Below, in pieces: positions 1 to 10,702 of a DNA stretch of 64,000 nt. The stretch lies in the NCBI GenBank assembly GCA_963708075.1, contig OY970194.1:2656001-2720000 (forward strand), given 5' to 3'. Both the position numbers and the translations under genes were made by a program. Below the pieces are notes generated by a model, which was given only the letters and a program-made list of their open reading frames with translations, was not told the origin of the DNA and made no database searches. This DNA is from Sedimentisphaerales bacterium. Its GTDB lineage: Bacteria > Planctomycetota > Phycisphaerae > Sedimentisphaerales > Anaerobacaceae. Within the stretch, counting starts at the first letter, position 1, and each line of letters begins with the position of its first letter.

Positions 1-2124
1 GACAGGGTCCGTGCCGTTCGAGCGTCCCAGCCAATCGTCCCCAAGCAGCGCACGGATCTGCCCCAGCCTCTCCCGTGCAATAAGTCCGAGATGGGTATTG
101 ACGAACTGGATGGCTCTGCCGTCCAGTTCGATGGCCACCCACAATGCCCCTCGCAGCTCGAGCCGGTGTCTGTCCGACAGCGTAGGAAGCACGCCCGTTT
201 TCACAAGCCGCATCGGCAGACGGCTCAGGATACAGTCCCCGTAGCGCTCCTCTGCAACCTGGATCGTCGGGTAGAAGTGGTAATTCATCTTCAGGCACTG
301 GCCAATCAGTTGCGCCTGGTCTGCCTGCCTCGTGCGAGGGCGGCCCACGTCCACCTCCTGAAGTGCAACGACATCCGGCCTGTAGCGAGCAATCACCCTT
401 GCGATGCGATGGGGCGACAGCTTGCCGTCGATGCCCACGCAACTGTGCACGTTATACGTCATCACGCGCAGCAGGCCTCGCCCCGAGGCGATCTCCGGAG
501 CAGACGGGAGCGGATACCGGTAGCGGCCCAAGTGCCGCAACGCCGCGTTGCGCAAATCAAGCGGTCGAAGGTACCGCTTTGTGCCGATGTCCAGCGGGGC
601 ATCGTCGGGCAACAGGGCGAAGGCGTGGGTCTCCTCCAGGCCCGGGCCGGCGTGAGAGCCGTTCTCAATCGGAAATGTGTAGGCAGGCCCATTTCGGCTC
701 CACCCCCAGAGGACAAAATCCCCTGCGTTCGGGTGCCGGCAAAGCCTTATGAAGTCGTGGGTGATCTCCTCCAGGAACGGATGATGGGCAGCGAAGACCT
801 GCTCAGCATCCTGCGGCAGGATGAATTGCTTCTCCTTTGTCCAGACGCGGACCTTATCCGCGCCTTCCGTGACGCTGACCATGGGCACCTTCGCCTGCTC
901 CACGAGCGACCTGGCCAGCCGTTCCCGCTCCCCGCCATCCAATGACTGGTCTGTATAGACGTGTCCCACCGGCCCCATCGCCGCCACAATGGGCTCATTG
1001 CGGCCCGTCGGCGCCGGCCCAACGTCTCGCATGGGCATCTCCTGCCCAGCGCCACGCATATACGCGCGCATCCTCTTGGACTGGATTCCCCTGTTGTCGT
1101 GCTCGGTCACGAAGACCTTGGTGGTCGCACCGAAGACCTCCGAGATCGCCTCTTGCAGGGTCCGCCCGCGCTCGCGAGGATAGGAAAGCATCGCCTCGCT
1201 GCCGTGATCGGAGAAGACCCACACGTCGTAGTCCCGCACGGCAGAACGCTGGGCGGCCCTCCAAATACGGGCAATCGCATCGTCGATGCCTTTGAGCGTC
1301 CAGTGGGCAAACCGCGAGCCGGGCCCGCGTCGGTGACTCTGCTCGTCGTAGCCGACCAGGTCCAGGTAGATCACCGGCAGGCCGCGAGTCACATCGATTT
1401 TCGCGCCGATCGTCGCCAGCTCCCGCATGAGGATCGACACGCCTACCCGCGACGGGATGAACTTGATTTCCTTCCACAAGTCCTGCCCGGCAATGAAACC
1501 CCGCACCACGTCAAACAGCGCGAGCAGAAACTCGATGACAAGCAAGACACCCACGCGAATCCAACTGTATATGCTCAGCAGGACGATGAGGGCCATCCGA
1601 AGCGGGTAGTTCGACTTGAACAGGTAGTCCAGCCCCAGAGTGGATGCACAGAAATGCGTTTCCTCCGCTCCGCCCGTATAGATGGCGGCGTAGGCACTGC
1701 CCCCCGCAAGTAACGGTTGCCCCTGTGTTTGCAGCCGCTGGTCGAGTTCCTTGGCGGCTCGCGGCTCGAACATGCGGTACATGGCCCCATCGGCCCGATC
1801 GTAGAAACTGAACGCGGGGACAGCGCACTTGACGCCGTACAGAAGCTCCGCCGTCATGGCCGGCGTGCTGGAGGGTAGCCCGCTGTACAGGGAATGCACC
1901 TGATACCTGTGTTTGCGTCGAAGTTCCGTGAGGAAAGGCATGTTCCCCTTCCTCATCGCCCGCTCCAACTGATGGCGGGACAGCCCGTCGATCTGGATCA
2001 GGACAAGCCCCGGCTCGCACGCCTGCCCCCCGGCCTTCGTCAGGCGCAGCAGCCGGATCAACCATTCACTTCGGCTCAGCCACCGGCGAGAGCTCCTGAT
2101 AAAGGTCTCAATGAAGTTCAGCAT
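1..2124 (-). CDS. Alkaline-phosphatase-superfamily domain fused to a C-terminal endonuclease/exonuclease/phosphatase (EEP) domain; 3' end runs off the window
   Basis: Manual translation from ATG 2124: MLNFIETFIR...GLVLIQIDGLS...SGLPSSTPA...DLVGYDEQSH...VFSDHG (AlkP-like), then VMTYNVHSCVGIDG...DVVALQEVD...NTHLGL (EEP). Missing from the ORF track because there is no stop in the window. Confidence 0.8.
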   Translation of the reverse strand, partial: MLNFIETFIRSSRRWLSRSEWLIRLLRLTKAGGQACEPGLVLIQIDGLSRHQLERAMRKGNMPFLTELRRKHRYQVHSLYSGLPSSTPAMTAELLYGVKCAVPAFSFYDRADGAMYRMFEPRAAKELDQRLQTQGQPLLAGGSAYAAIYTGGAEETHFCASTLGLDYLFKSNYPLRMALIVLLSIYSWIRVGVLLVIEFLLALFDVVRGFIAGQDLWKEIKFIPSRVGVSILMRELATIGAKIDVTRGLPVIYLDLVGYDEQSHRRGPGSRFAHWTLKGIDDAIARIWRAAQRSAVRDYDVWVFSDHGSEAMLSYPRERGRTLQEAISEVFGATTKVFVTEHDNRGIQSKRMRAYMRGAGQEMPMRDVGPAPTGRNEPIVAAMGPVGHVYTDQSLDGGERERLARSLVEQAKVPMVSVTEGADKVRVWTKEKQFILPQDAEQVFAAHHPFLEEITHDFIRLCRHPNAGDFVLWGWSRNGPAYTFPIENGSHAGPGLEETHAFALLPDDAPLDIGTKRYLRPLDLRNAALRHLGRYRYPLPSAPEIASGRGLLRVMTYNVHSCVGIDGKLSPHRIARVIARYRPDVVALQEVDVGRPRTRQADQAQLIGQCLKMNYHFYPTIQVAEERYGDCILSRLPMRLVKTGVLPTLSDRHRLELRGALWVAIELDGRAIQFVNTHLGLIARERLGQIRALLGDDWLGRSNGTDPV

Positions 2125-2151
2125 GCCTTCCACATTCCCGGGATACTGCCG

Positions 2152-3407
2152 CTACTTGAGGGCGCGGGTGACCGCTTCCGCCATGTTCTTGAGCAGTTCC
2201 CATTCAGCCTTGACTTCCTCCGACGCCTGGTGCCAGACACTCTCGTCCCTCGGTCCGGGGGGCTGCTGCTTGAGAACATGTCTGTAAACGTCCAGGAGTT
2301 TGCGGGCACATCGATCCATGGAGAATCGTTGAGCCGTCTCACTGGCAGCTTGCCTGAGTTTGTCGCGACGCCGCGGTGAGATCGACGCGAGTTGGGCTAT
2401 GGCGGCAGTGAAATCGCTGACGTCGCGATGCTTGAGCAAGCGTCCATTGTACCCGTCTTTGATCACCTCTCGCACGCCCGGCGCATCCAGCGCCACCACG
2501 GGCCTGCATGCCGCCATCGCCTCGGTCAATACCATGCCCTGCGTCTCCGTGTACGAGGCGAAGACAAAGACGTCCATTGCATGATATGCGTCCACAAGGT
2601 TCTGCCCATCCAGGGAACCCGTGAGGTGCAGACGGCTGCTCAATTCGCCCTGATCGAATATCTCCCGGATCGCATCCTCGGAAGGGCCGGACCCTACCAC
2701 GAGGAATTGCGCGTTCTTCCTGCGGGCGACATACTTGCGAATCGCTTCCGCAAGGAATGGCAGGTTCTTCTCGGGCGCCAGGCGCCTACATATCCCGCTA
2801 CAAACGCCTCCTGGGGTATCCCCATGAACCGCCGAAAAGCGAGGCCATCTCCGTTGGCAAACCGCTGTACGTCCACCCCGGTGGGAACCACGCTGACGGG
2901 TGTTTCCACGCCCCGCCGGCGAAGGACCCTGGCGACGCTCTGGCTGGGCGCGATCACGTGATCGCAGAGATTGCAGTACCCGGTGACGAGGCTGACGACG
3001 AACTGCTGCATCCGGTTCGCCTCGGCCGGCACGTAATGAAGGTAATGCTCATACATCGTGTGATGCGTGAACACCAGCGGTCGGCTGAACCGGCTTGCGA
3101 TGCGAACGGCGGTATTGCCCAGCAGATGTGGATGATGGGAGTGAACGATATCCGGCCGGAACTGCTCGAGACGCAGTGAAAGATAGCCGGGGATGGGCAG
3201 AGCCACCGAGAAATCGCTTCCGTTGAAGTGCTGAATCGCAGGAATGCGAATCACATCCTCCTCCGATTCGGGCGCTCCGGCAAAAACAGGCGCCACAATG
3301 ACTACCCGGTGTCCGGCTTTGCGACATTCGTTGGCGAAGGCTGTCACCGACCGCGCCACGCCGCCCACGAACGGAGTAAACGTATTGGTTAGCATCAAGA
3401 TGTTCAT
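2152..3407 (-). pseudogene. Glycosyltransferase family 4 (GT-B), split by a 1-nt frameshift near 2785
   Basis: ORF 2694-3407 (GGVARSV, HSHHP, FTHHT) plus ORF 2152-2700 (ETQGMVLTEAMAA). Adding one base restores GYVGRLAPEKNL. Confidence 0.85.
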
Positions 3408-3409
3408 CT

Positions 3410-3545
3410 TTGGATTTACGATTTACGATTCTTGATTTATGATTCGCCACTGCGAGGGCGAAATCCCAAGTAATCACATAGTAGTATACGCAGGAGCCCA
3501 AACCCGGTTGTCAAATCGTAAATCGTCAATCGTAAGTCGTCGATC
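3410..3545. repeat. Inverted arms of degenerate heptamer repeats (GATTTAC)n ... (AAATCGT)n
   Basis: ggatttacgatttacgattcttgatttatgatt at 3412-3444 and aaatcgtaaatcgtcaatcgtaagtcgt at 3513-3540. Confidence 0.7.
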
Positions 3546-3548
3546 CGT

Positions 3549-3564
3549 TTAGGGATATTCCTGA
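3549..3564. promoter_or_regulatory. Candidate NarL/LuxR-type palindromic box TTAGGGATATTCCTGA
   Basis: Lies between the divergent GT4 and hsp20 genes; similar boxes at 9171, 16329, 17870, 18537 and 27559. Confidence 0.55.
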
Positions 3565-3616
3565 TTGAGCATGGGCCTGAGCCGGCGTACGTTCACAGGA
3601 AAGGAAAGGATATCGG

Positions 3617-4057
3617 ATGAACGTGCCGGACAAGCACAGTCGCCGAACCCTGCTGTACCATCGGCTCGACGCGGTAAAGCACCAGGGCTTACAATATCAT
3701 CATCACGAGATTCATGCCCTTTTTGATGAGCTGATTCACAAGCCGTGGGGAGCGTCCTGCTGGAATCCGCCCGTGGACATCTGGGAGAACGACAATACAT
3801 TCACGATCGAAATGGATTTGCCGGGAGTGAAAGCCGAGCAGGTGCGGATATGGGCTCAGGACAGAACGGTTACCATCGAAGGACAACGAGAGCGAAGAGA
3901 AAAGACGAAGGAGACGTCCGCCCGCCTGCATGAACGGTGTGAAGGCAGATTCTCCCGTGTCTTTGAGTTCGGCTTCAACATCGACGAAGAAACCATCGAG
4001 AACCACTGGCAAGACGGGGTACTGATACTGATCGTTCCCAAGTCGAAGAATGCGTAA
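3617..4057 (+). CDS. Hsp20/alpha-crystallin small heat-shock protein
   Basis: PPVDIWE..IEMDLPGV..IEGQR..ERCEGRFSRVF..DGVLILIVPK. Confidence 0.9.
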   Translation: MNVPDKHSRRTLLYHRLDAVKHQGLQYHHHEIHALFDELIHKPWGASCWNPPVDIWENDNTFTIEMDLPGVKAEQVRIWAQDRTVTIEGQRERREKTKETSARLHERCEGRFSRVFEFGFNIDEETIENHWQDGVLILIVPKSKNA

Positions 4058-4065
4058 GGTTTATC

Positions 4066-6606
4066 ATGGACGATACCCATAGGAATGAGTCACAAGGCAC
4101 GGCAGTCATTGCGCCAAACCACCAGCTTCAGACAGCAGCCCCGGTCCAGGAGTTGCCCGCCGAAGAAGCGGATCTCACCATCGATCTGAACGCTCTGGAT
4201 TTCGCCACGACGGCGGACCTGGAGCCACTGGACGAGATCATCGGGCAGAGCCGGGCCATGTCAGCCCTGGAAATCGGCTTGGGCATCAAAGAGAGAGGCT
4301 ATAACATCTTTGTGGCCGGGTTGACGGGCAGCGGCAAGATGCAGACGATCAAGCGCAGTCTGCAGAAGCGATTGGACGGGTCGGCGACGCCCGGAGACTG
4401 GGTGTACGTGCACAACTTCACCGATCCCGACCAGCCCTGGGCCATCGGCCTTGCGCCCGGGAAGGGCCGGCAGCTCGAGAAGGACATGGATCGACTCGTT
4501 CAACACCTGAAGGAAGCACTGCCCAAGGCGTTCCGCCAGCAGGACTTCCGGGAGGAGAAGGAGCAGCTCAGCCGCAAGTACGAAGAACGGATCGAGGAGC
4601 ACACAAGCCGGCTGGCGAAAATGGCAAAGGACCGCGGCTTTGAGATCGGGTTCAGCCCGGGCGGGCGAGTCTCATTTCTGCCTTTTATCGAGGGCAAGCC
4701 GGCCGAAACGCGGGAGCAACTCGAGACGCTCACGGAGACGGAGAGAAACCGGCTTGCAGAGGGAGAGAAGGAGCTTGCCCGCGAGGTCGGCAGGCTGATG
4801 CAAGAGCAGTACCAGATGATGCAGAACCTCAGCGAGGAAGTGCGGAGCGTCGAGCGGCAGTTCGCTGATTACGTGATCGCTCCCATGATCGAAGGCATCA
4901 AGCAATCCTACCAGGACTATGATCGTGTGCGGCAGTATCTTGACCACGTGCACAATCACATCCTTGACAATCTCTCCGACTTCCAGGAGGGCGGTGCGCC
5001 GCAGGCCGTCCCGCCGCAACTGCAGGCAATGCTCGGTCGCGAAACGGAACGCCCCCTGTTCGAATATAGAGTCAATGTCGTCGTGGATAATAGCGAGACC
5101 CAGGCTGCACCCATCATTGTGGAGGAAGTGCCCACCTACCGCAATCTCTTTGGGAGCATCGATCGTACCGTGGATCGCTGGGGCCGGCTCGCCACGGATT
5201 TCACCCAGATCAAGGCGGGCAGCCTGTTACAGGCGAACGGCGGCTACCTCGTGTTCAATATCGAAGATGCGCTGACCGAGCCGTTTGTCTACAAGGGTCT
5301 CAAGCGGGCTCTCAAAAGCGGACGCATCGAACTGGAAAGCTATAACTCCTGGATGCCTTTCAGCACAGGCGGGCTGCGCCCGGAGCCGATCCCGATCACC
5401 ACCAAGGTTGTCGTCGCAGGCAATCCGCTCCTGTACTACCTGCTCCAGTTTTATGATGATGAGTTCTCGCTCCTGTTCAAGATCAAGGCCGATTTCGGCA
5501 CGGAGATGCCTCGCGGCGACCGGGAGGAGATGCAGTACGCCCGATTCGTGGCGGCGGTCGCGAAAAAGGAGGACCTCAAGCCATTCACCCGGGAGGCCGT
5601 CGGCGAGATCATCCGTTTCGGCGCGAAACAGGTGGCGGACAGAACCAAGCTGCTGACTCGTCTCTCGGAAGCCGCCGATCTGATCCGGGAGGCCGGTTAC
5701 TTCGCACGGATTCGCGACTCCAGGTACGTTGAGGCCTCGCACGTGGAGGAGGCGCTGGACAATCGCATCTTCCGGTCTGACCGCATTGCGGAGAAGATCC
5801 GGGAGATGATTGAAGACGGCACGCTGCTTGTGGACGTGCAGGGACGCAGAATCGGTCAGATCAACGGTCTGGCGGTCGTCGATCTGGGCGATTACGCGTT
5901 CGGCAGGCCCACCCGGGTGACGGCCTCCCTGGGGCTGGGCGCCGAAGGACTGATCAACATCGAGCGCGAGGCGAAACTCTCCGGCCGAACGCACGATAAG
6001 GCAGTGCTCATCATCGGCGGGTTCCTGCGCAACAAATACGGGCAGAAAAGGCCGCTCACACTGTCGGCGAGCATCGCGTTCGAGCAGACATACAGTGGCA
6101 TCGAAGGCGATAGCGCCAGTGCGGCCGAGATTTACGTCCTCGTCTCCAATCTGGCCCAGGTGCCCATCCGTCAGGATGTCGCCGTCACCGGGTCAGTCAA
6201 TCAGTGGGGAGACATCCAAGCGATCGGCGGCGTCAACGAGAAGATCGAGGGGTTTTTTGATGTGTGCCGCGTCATTGGACTGACAGGCCGACAGGGCGTA
6301 TGCATCCCACAGAGCAACGTGAAGAACCTCATTCTCCGCAAGGACGTGCGGCAGGCCATTGCCGACGGCGAGTTTCACGTCTATCCGATCCGTACAGTGG
6401 ATGAGGGTCTCGAACTCCTGACAGGCTTTAAGGCGGGCTCGCCGGAAGAAGAGGGCACGATCCACTGGCGTGTGGAACAGCGACTGGACCAGATGACGGA
6501 AACGCTGCGCGGCCTGGCGGCCACGCGAGAAATCAGGATGATACCGACAGCCCCAGAACAGCCGGAGCCCCCCGCTCCCCCGCGGCTGCCCGATGATCAG
6601 CCGTAG
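4066..6606 (+). CDS. Lon-like protease (LonB/LonC-type AAA plus S16 protease domain)
   Basis: Walker A GLTGSGK, GSLLQANGGYL, catalytic GDSAS and GGVNEKIEGF. Confidence 0.9.
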   Translation: MDDTHRNESQGTAVIAPNHQLQTAAPVQELPAEEADLTIDLNALDFATTADLEPLDEIIGQSRAMSALEIGLGIKERGYNIFVAGLTGSGKMQTIKRSLQKRLDGSATPGDWVYVHNFTDPDQPWAIGLAPGKGRQLEKDMDRLVQHLKEALPKAFRQQDFREEKEQLSRKYEERIEEHTSRLAKMAKDRGFEIGFSPGGRVSFLPFIEGKPAETREQLETLTETERNRLAEGEKELAREVGRLMQEQYQMMQNLSEEVRSVERQFADYVIAPMIEGIKQSYQDYDRVRQYLDHVHNHILDNLSDFQEGGAPQAVPPQLQAMLGRETERPLFEYRVNVVVDNSETQAAPIIVEEVPTYRNLFGSIDRTVDRWGRLATDFTQIKAGSLLQANGGYLVFNIEDALTEPFVYKGLKRALKSGRIELESYNSWMPFSTGGLRPEPIPITTKVVVAGNPLLYYLLQFYDDEFSLLFKIKADFGTEMPRGDREEMQYARFVAAVAKKEDLKPFTREAVGEIIRFGAKQVADRTKLLTRLSEAADLIREAGYFARIRDSRYVEASHVEEALDNRIFRSDRIAEKIREMIEDGTLLVDVQGRRIGQINGLAVVDLGDYAFGRPTRVTASLGLGAEGLINIEREAKLSGRTHDKAVLIIGGFLRNKYGQKRPLTLSASIAFEQTYSGIEGDSASAAEIYVLVSNLAQVPIRQDVAVTGSVNQWGDIQAIGGVNEKIEGFFDVCRVIGLTGRQGVCIPQSNVKNLILRKDVRQAIADGEFHVYPIRTVDEGLELLTGFKAGSPEEEGTIHWRVEQRLDQMTETLRGLAATREIRMIPTAPEQPEPPAPPRLPDDQP

Positions 6607-6686
6607 ACGTGCATCTTGCCAGACCCGTATTTGATTCGGGATGACAATTGACCCGCAACGCCATGAGGGAATGCCGCTGTACGGCC

Positions 6687-7034
6687 TCAGCGACTCTCCA
6701 GGTACTCCTTGATTGCCTCGGCGTTGTTGAATCGCTCCTCTTTGGCGCCGAAGACCAGCGTCACTTCCCCGCTCTGCATCTTCTCTCGGAGCAACCGTAT
6801 CTCCTCAGGATGCGAGTCCAACTCCTTGAAGTAGCGTTTCCTGAATTCCTTCCACTTTTCCGGATCGTGACCGAACCACTTGCGCAATTGAGTGCTGGGC
6901 GCGATGTTCTTGAGCCACATATCCATCTTCAACTGTTCTTTGGTCACGCCGCGGGGCCACACGCGATCCACAAGGACCCGAAAACCATCGTTCCTTGTGG
7001 GTCTGTCGTAGGCTCTCTTCAAGCGGATCGCCAT
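6687..7034 (-). CDS. DUF488/YeaO family protein
   Basis: IRLKRAYD..DGFRVLVDRVWPRG..APSTQLRKWFGHDP. Confidence 0.9.
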   Translation of the reverse strand: MAIRLKRAYDRPTRNDGFRVLVDRVWPRGVTKEQLKMDMWLKNIAPSTQLRKWFGHDPEKWKEFRKRYFKELDSHPEEIRLLREKMQSGEVTLVFGAKEERFNNAEAIKEYLESR

Positions 7035-7058
7035 TGTTCGGCCCTCGTACCTCGCCGA

Positions 7059-7568
7059 TCAGACAGCTTGTCTGGCGGCTATGAGGGTCTCACGGCAAAA
7101 GGCCGGCAGATCCTCGGGTTGGCGGCTTGTAATCAGGTTGCCATCAACCACCACTTCCTGGTCGAGGTATTCAGCTCCAGCCGCCTTGGCGTCATCGCGG
7201 ATTCCCTGCCAGCAGGTGGCTTTCCTGCCCCTCAGGACGTCGGCGGAGATCAGCGTCTGGATGCCGTGGCAGATGGCCGCGACCGTCTTGCCGCCGTCGA
7301 GCATGCTCCTGGCGATCTCCACGGCCTTCGGTTGCAGTCGCACGCGCTCCGGAGCTTTGCCGCCGGGCAGGACAAGCAGGTCATAGTCTTCGGCGTTTGC
7401 CTCGGAGATCTTCATGTCCGGCTCGAAGTCATACCCGTGCTTGCCTACGATTTTCTGACCATCCGGCGTGGCCACATCGATTTCCCAGCCTTCCTCTTGC
7501 AGGCGATAGTAGGGATAGAAGAACTCGATGTCTTCTACGTCACTGGCAACCAGAATGAGAGCTTTCAT
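7059..7568 (-). CDS. PfpI/DJ-1 family protease/deglycase
   Basis: EDIEFFYP, LPGG, AAICHG, VVDGNLITSRQPEDL. Confidence 0.9.
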   Translation of the reverse strand: MKALILVASDVEDIEFFYPYYRLQEEGWEIDVATPDGQKIVGKHGYDFEPDMKISEANAEDYDLLVLPGGKAPERVRLQPKAVEIARSMLDGGKTVAAICHGIQTLISADVLRGRKATCWQGIRDDAKAAGAEYLDQEVVVDGNLITSRQPEDLPAFCRETLIAARQAV

Positions 7569-7582
7569 CGTGTCTGTCCCCC

Positions 7583-9085
7583 TCAATCCTGTGCAACCTT
7601 CAGAACGACATACTGACTGGCCTGGCCATCGGTTATAAGGAGCAGAGCCCGGCCTTTGGCGGAGGCCACGGTGACGGCATCCCTGAATTCCTGCACATTG
7701 TTGACCGGCCGGCGATTGACCTCCCGGATGAGGTATCCGGCCCGCAGGCCCTTTTCGGCCGCCTCGGAACCCTGCGTCACTCTTGTGATGATCACGCCAG
7801 TCTGGTCCTTGAGCTTGTACTGTCCCGCCAGTTCCGGCGTAAGATCCTGCACGGTCAAACCGAGACGCTGCGACTGCTCCTGGGAACGCTGTTGCGGCTC
7901 CTGCCGGCCGCGGAGGAGTTCCTCGGCCGATGGCCGCTTGCCCATGGTTACTGTAAGCGTTTTGCGCTCCCCGTCGCGCAGTACCGTCATTTCGACCTTC
8001 TCCCCCGCCTTATGGGCCGCCACGAGATTGCGAAATTGCGAGGCGGATTCGACAGTCGAGCCCCCGAACTCCAGGACAACGTCATCCCGCTCCATACCGG
8101 CATCAGCGGCGGGCCCTCCTTCGGAGATTTGCGTGATCACGACGCCTTTGGCATCTTTGACTTCCAGGGCTTCCGCGAGCTCCGGCGTCAGATCCTGCGG
8201 AAAGACGCCGAGATAGCCCCGCTCCACAGATCCCGTCTTCATAAGCTGATTGGCGACGTCCTTGGCCGTATTGATCGGAATGGCAAAACCAATGCCGATG
8301 TTGCCGCCGCCCGGCCCAAGGATCGCCGTATTGATCCCGACCACTTGTCCATCGAGATTGACCAAAGGCCCTCCCGAATTGCCCATGTTGATGGCCGCGT
8401 CGGTTTGAATGAAGTTCTCGTACGTGGCGATGTTGAGGCCGCTTCGGCCCTTGGCACTGACGATGCCCGCCGTGACCGTGTGGCTCAGACCCATGGGACT
8501 GCCGATGGCGACCACCCACTCCCCGACCTTTAGTGCCTCCGAGTCCCCCAGTACTACGGCTTTCAGATTGTTGGCATCAATCTTGATGACGGCCACATCG
8601 GACTCAGGATCCGTGCCGATGATCTTCGCCTCCAGGCTCCGGCCCTCGCCCAGATCTACCATAACCTGGTCGGCGCCGCCCACCACGTGATTGTTCGTGA
8701 GAATATAGCCGTCCTCTGAAATGATGAATCCCGAGGCCTGTGCCCTTTGGGTGAACTGACGCTCGGGCGTCCCTTCGCGGGGAGTTCGGCGGAAGAAGAA
8801 GTCAAAGAGGTCTTCGCGGGATGGGTCGAACGGTTCATCGGAGGGCGTCTGGTCAAGCCGCACGCTGGCCCGCGAGACTTTGCGCTTCGCCACGACCCCG
8901 ACGACTCCGGGCGAGGCCTTCTCGGCCACCGAGGCGAACGCGTTGCCCATTTGCCGCAGCACGGCGACGCTCTCCCGATCCTCTCCCGACACCGGCGCGC
9001 ACGCACTGACGAGCAGGCAAACCAGGGACAACATGGGAACCGTCCACGCCGGTCGCCCGTTCGAAAGCATCGCTTTCACATTCAT
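7583..9085 (-). CDS. DegP/DegQ (HtrA) serine protease with two PDZ domains and an N-terminal signal
   Basis: ILTNNHVV, SDVAVIK, IQTDAAINMGNSGGPL; possible lipobox VSAC. Confidence 0.93.
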   Translation of the reverse strand: MNVKAMLSNGRPAWTVPMLSLVCLLVSACAPVSGEDRESVAVLRQMGNAFASVAEKASPGVVGVVAKRKVSRASVRLDQTPSDEPFDPSREDLFDFFFRRTPREGTPERQFTQRAQASGFIISEDGYILTNNHVVGGADQVMVDLGEGRSLEAKIIGTDPESDVAVIKIDANNLKAVVLGDSEALKVGEWVVAIGSPMGLSHTVTAGIVSAKGRSGLNIATYENFIQTDAAINMGNSGGPLVNLDGQVVGINTAILGPGGGNIGIGFAIPINTAKDVANQLMKTGSVERGYLGVFPQDLTPELAEALEVKDAKGVVITQISEGGPAADAGMERDDVVLEFGGSTVESASQFRNLVAAHKAGEKVEMTVLRDGERKTLTVTMGKRPSAEELLRGRQEPQQRSQEQSQRLGLTVQDLTPELAGQYKLKDQTGVIITRVTQGSEAAEKGLRAGYLIREVNRRPVNNVQEFRDAVTVASAKGRALLLITDGQASQYVVLKVAQD

Positions 9086-9170
9086 CGGTCACATCCTTTC
9101 TACGATCGATGCCGCTTCGTCTCCACGGAGAACCCCTCATGACATTAGTGCGACAACCGGAGGAAAGAAA

Positions 9171-9186
9171 TAAGGAGATTTCCTAA
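9171..9186. promoter_or_regulatory. Candidate palindromic box TAAGGAGATTTCCTAA upstream of degP
   Basis: Same motif family as 3549 and 18537. Confidence 0.55.
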
Positions 9187-9299
9187 TTCGTCTTAGATAA
9201 ATATCGGCGGGTCCGGTGCGCCGCACACGGCAGTCAGGTGCGGGCTATAACATGGGTGCAAAATTCCGCAAGTTTTCGTAAGAATGTTGACAGTGACAG

Positions 9300-9329
9300 T
9301 TGACACAGCAAAGGCAAGGGGTTTAGGAT
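9300..9329 (+). promoter_or_regulatory. Putative sigma70 promoter for the response regulator
   Basis: TTGACA(9300)-N18-TAGGAT(9324). Confidence 0.4.
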
Positions 9330-9407
9330 TAGTGATAACAAAGGAGTGAAAGCCGCCCTCGCGGCATCAAGTGGAATGGAAACCGCAACAGAGGGGGACA
9401 GCAGAAC

Positions 9408-10061
9408 ATGGGTATTCGCGTAGTGCTTGCCGATGATCATGCGATTGTGCGTCACGGCCTGGGCAGGGCGCTTCAGCAGGAAGACGACATGGAAGTGGTC
9501 GGCCAGGCGGAGGACGGACATACAACTGTGGAGCTGGCAAGAGAGCTCACGCCGGATGTGGTGGTGATGGATATCAGCATGCCGGACCTCAACGGCATCG
9601 AAGCCACCCGGGAAATCCGACGCGAGACGCCCAGCGTCAAGGTCGTTGCTCTTTCGATGCACTCGGCGAAACGGTACGTCACTGAGATGTTCAAGGCCGG
9701 GGCCGTCGGCTATCTTCTCAAGGACTGTGATTTCGATGAGCTGGCCAGGGCCATCCGCACCGTCGCGGAGGGGAAAACCTACGTGAGCCCTTCCATCAGC
9801 AACGTGGTCGTGGAAGACCTGGTGCACGGGGAGGAGAGACTGGAGTCCAACGCGTTCTCCGTCCTGACCCAACGCGAGCGTGAGGTCCTGCAACTCCTGG
9901 CGGAAGGCAAGACTACGAAGCAGATCGCCCTGCGGCTTCACATCAGTCCCAAGACGGTCGAGGCCCATCGACTGCGCGTGATGAACAAGCTCGACATCGA
10001 TAACGTCGCGCAACTGACGAAATACGCCATCCAGGAAGGCCTCACGTCGCCGGAGCCGTGA
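9408..10061 (+). CDS. NarL/FixJ-family response regulator (orphan copy)
   Basis: LADDH, MDISMP receiver; LTQREREVLQLLAEG..ISPKTVEAHR LuxR HTH. Confidence 0.95.
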   Translation: MGIRVVLADDHAIVRHGLGRALQQEDDMEVVGQAEDGHTTVELARELTPDVVVMDISMPDLNGIEATREIRRETPSVKVVALSMHSAKRYVTEMFKAGAVGYLLKDCDFDELARAIRTVAEGKTYVSPSISNVVVEDLVHGEERLESNAFSVLTQREREVLQLLAEGKTTKQIALRLHISPKTVEAHRLRVMNKLDIDNVAQLTKYAIQEGLTSPEP

Positions 10062-10096
10062 CAGCATTCATGCGTCCAAAGTCTGCAATGTAAGCG

Positions 10097-10702
10097 TCAA
10101 AACCGGGCCGCGGGCTCCTTTGGGGTGCTCGGGGTGTCAACAACCTGCACCGTAGTCGCCTGCAGGCCCTTGTCGCCGACCTCCGCCGTGTACCGGACGC
10201 CCATGCCAATCTTCAGACGCTCAAAATGATTGTGCAGAACGCTGTTTCGGTGGAAATAGATCTCATCCTGCGTGTCAACCGTTCTGAGGAATCCGTATCC
10301 CTCCTTCGGAAACAGCTTGTGCACGATCGCCGTGGCCTGCTGTTCGGGATGGGCCTTCACTTCGCCCTGCTGCAGATCGACCAATTTCTGTAATCGCCGC
10401 ACCGCCGTGTTGAAGACGTCCCTGAGAACAACCTCCAGCGGATCATGCATGTCTCCCTCGGTGGACTCCCGTCGCACGACCAGCTCATGTCCGGGAGGAA
10501 TGGTCATATCGATTCGCACACGGTAGGGATTGCCGACACGTTGGTGCTCCTGCCGCTTTTCCACGGCGACGCGGCAACTCGTGATATAGCTGCAGACGCG
10601 TTCCAGCTTGGTCACTTTTGAGCGGATGAGGTTTTCGATTTCAGTGGTATTGACAATGCCCTTGAAGGCAATCTCCAATGGGACCTGCATGATGTTCTCC
10701 AT
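10097..10702 (-). CDS. HPF/RaiA ribosome-hibernation domain fused to a cold-shock domain
   Basis: QVPLEIAF..ITSCRVAVE..YRVRIDMTIPPG; C-terminal GYGFL..EIYFHRNSV. Confidence 0.85.
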   Translation of the reverse strand: MENIMQVPLEIAFKGIVNTTEIENLIRSKVTKLERVCSYITSCRVAVEKRQEHQRVGNPYRVRIDMTIPPGHELVVRRESTEGDMHDPLEVVLRDVFNTAVRRLQKLVDLQQGEVKAHPEQQATAIVHKLFPKEGYGFLRTVDTQDEIYFHRNSVLHNHFERLKIGMGVRYTAEVGDKGLQATTVQVVDTPSTPKEPAARF

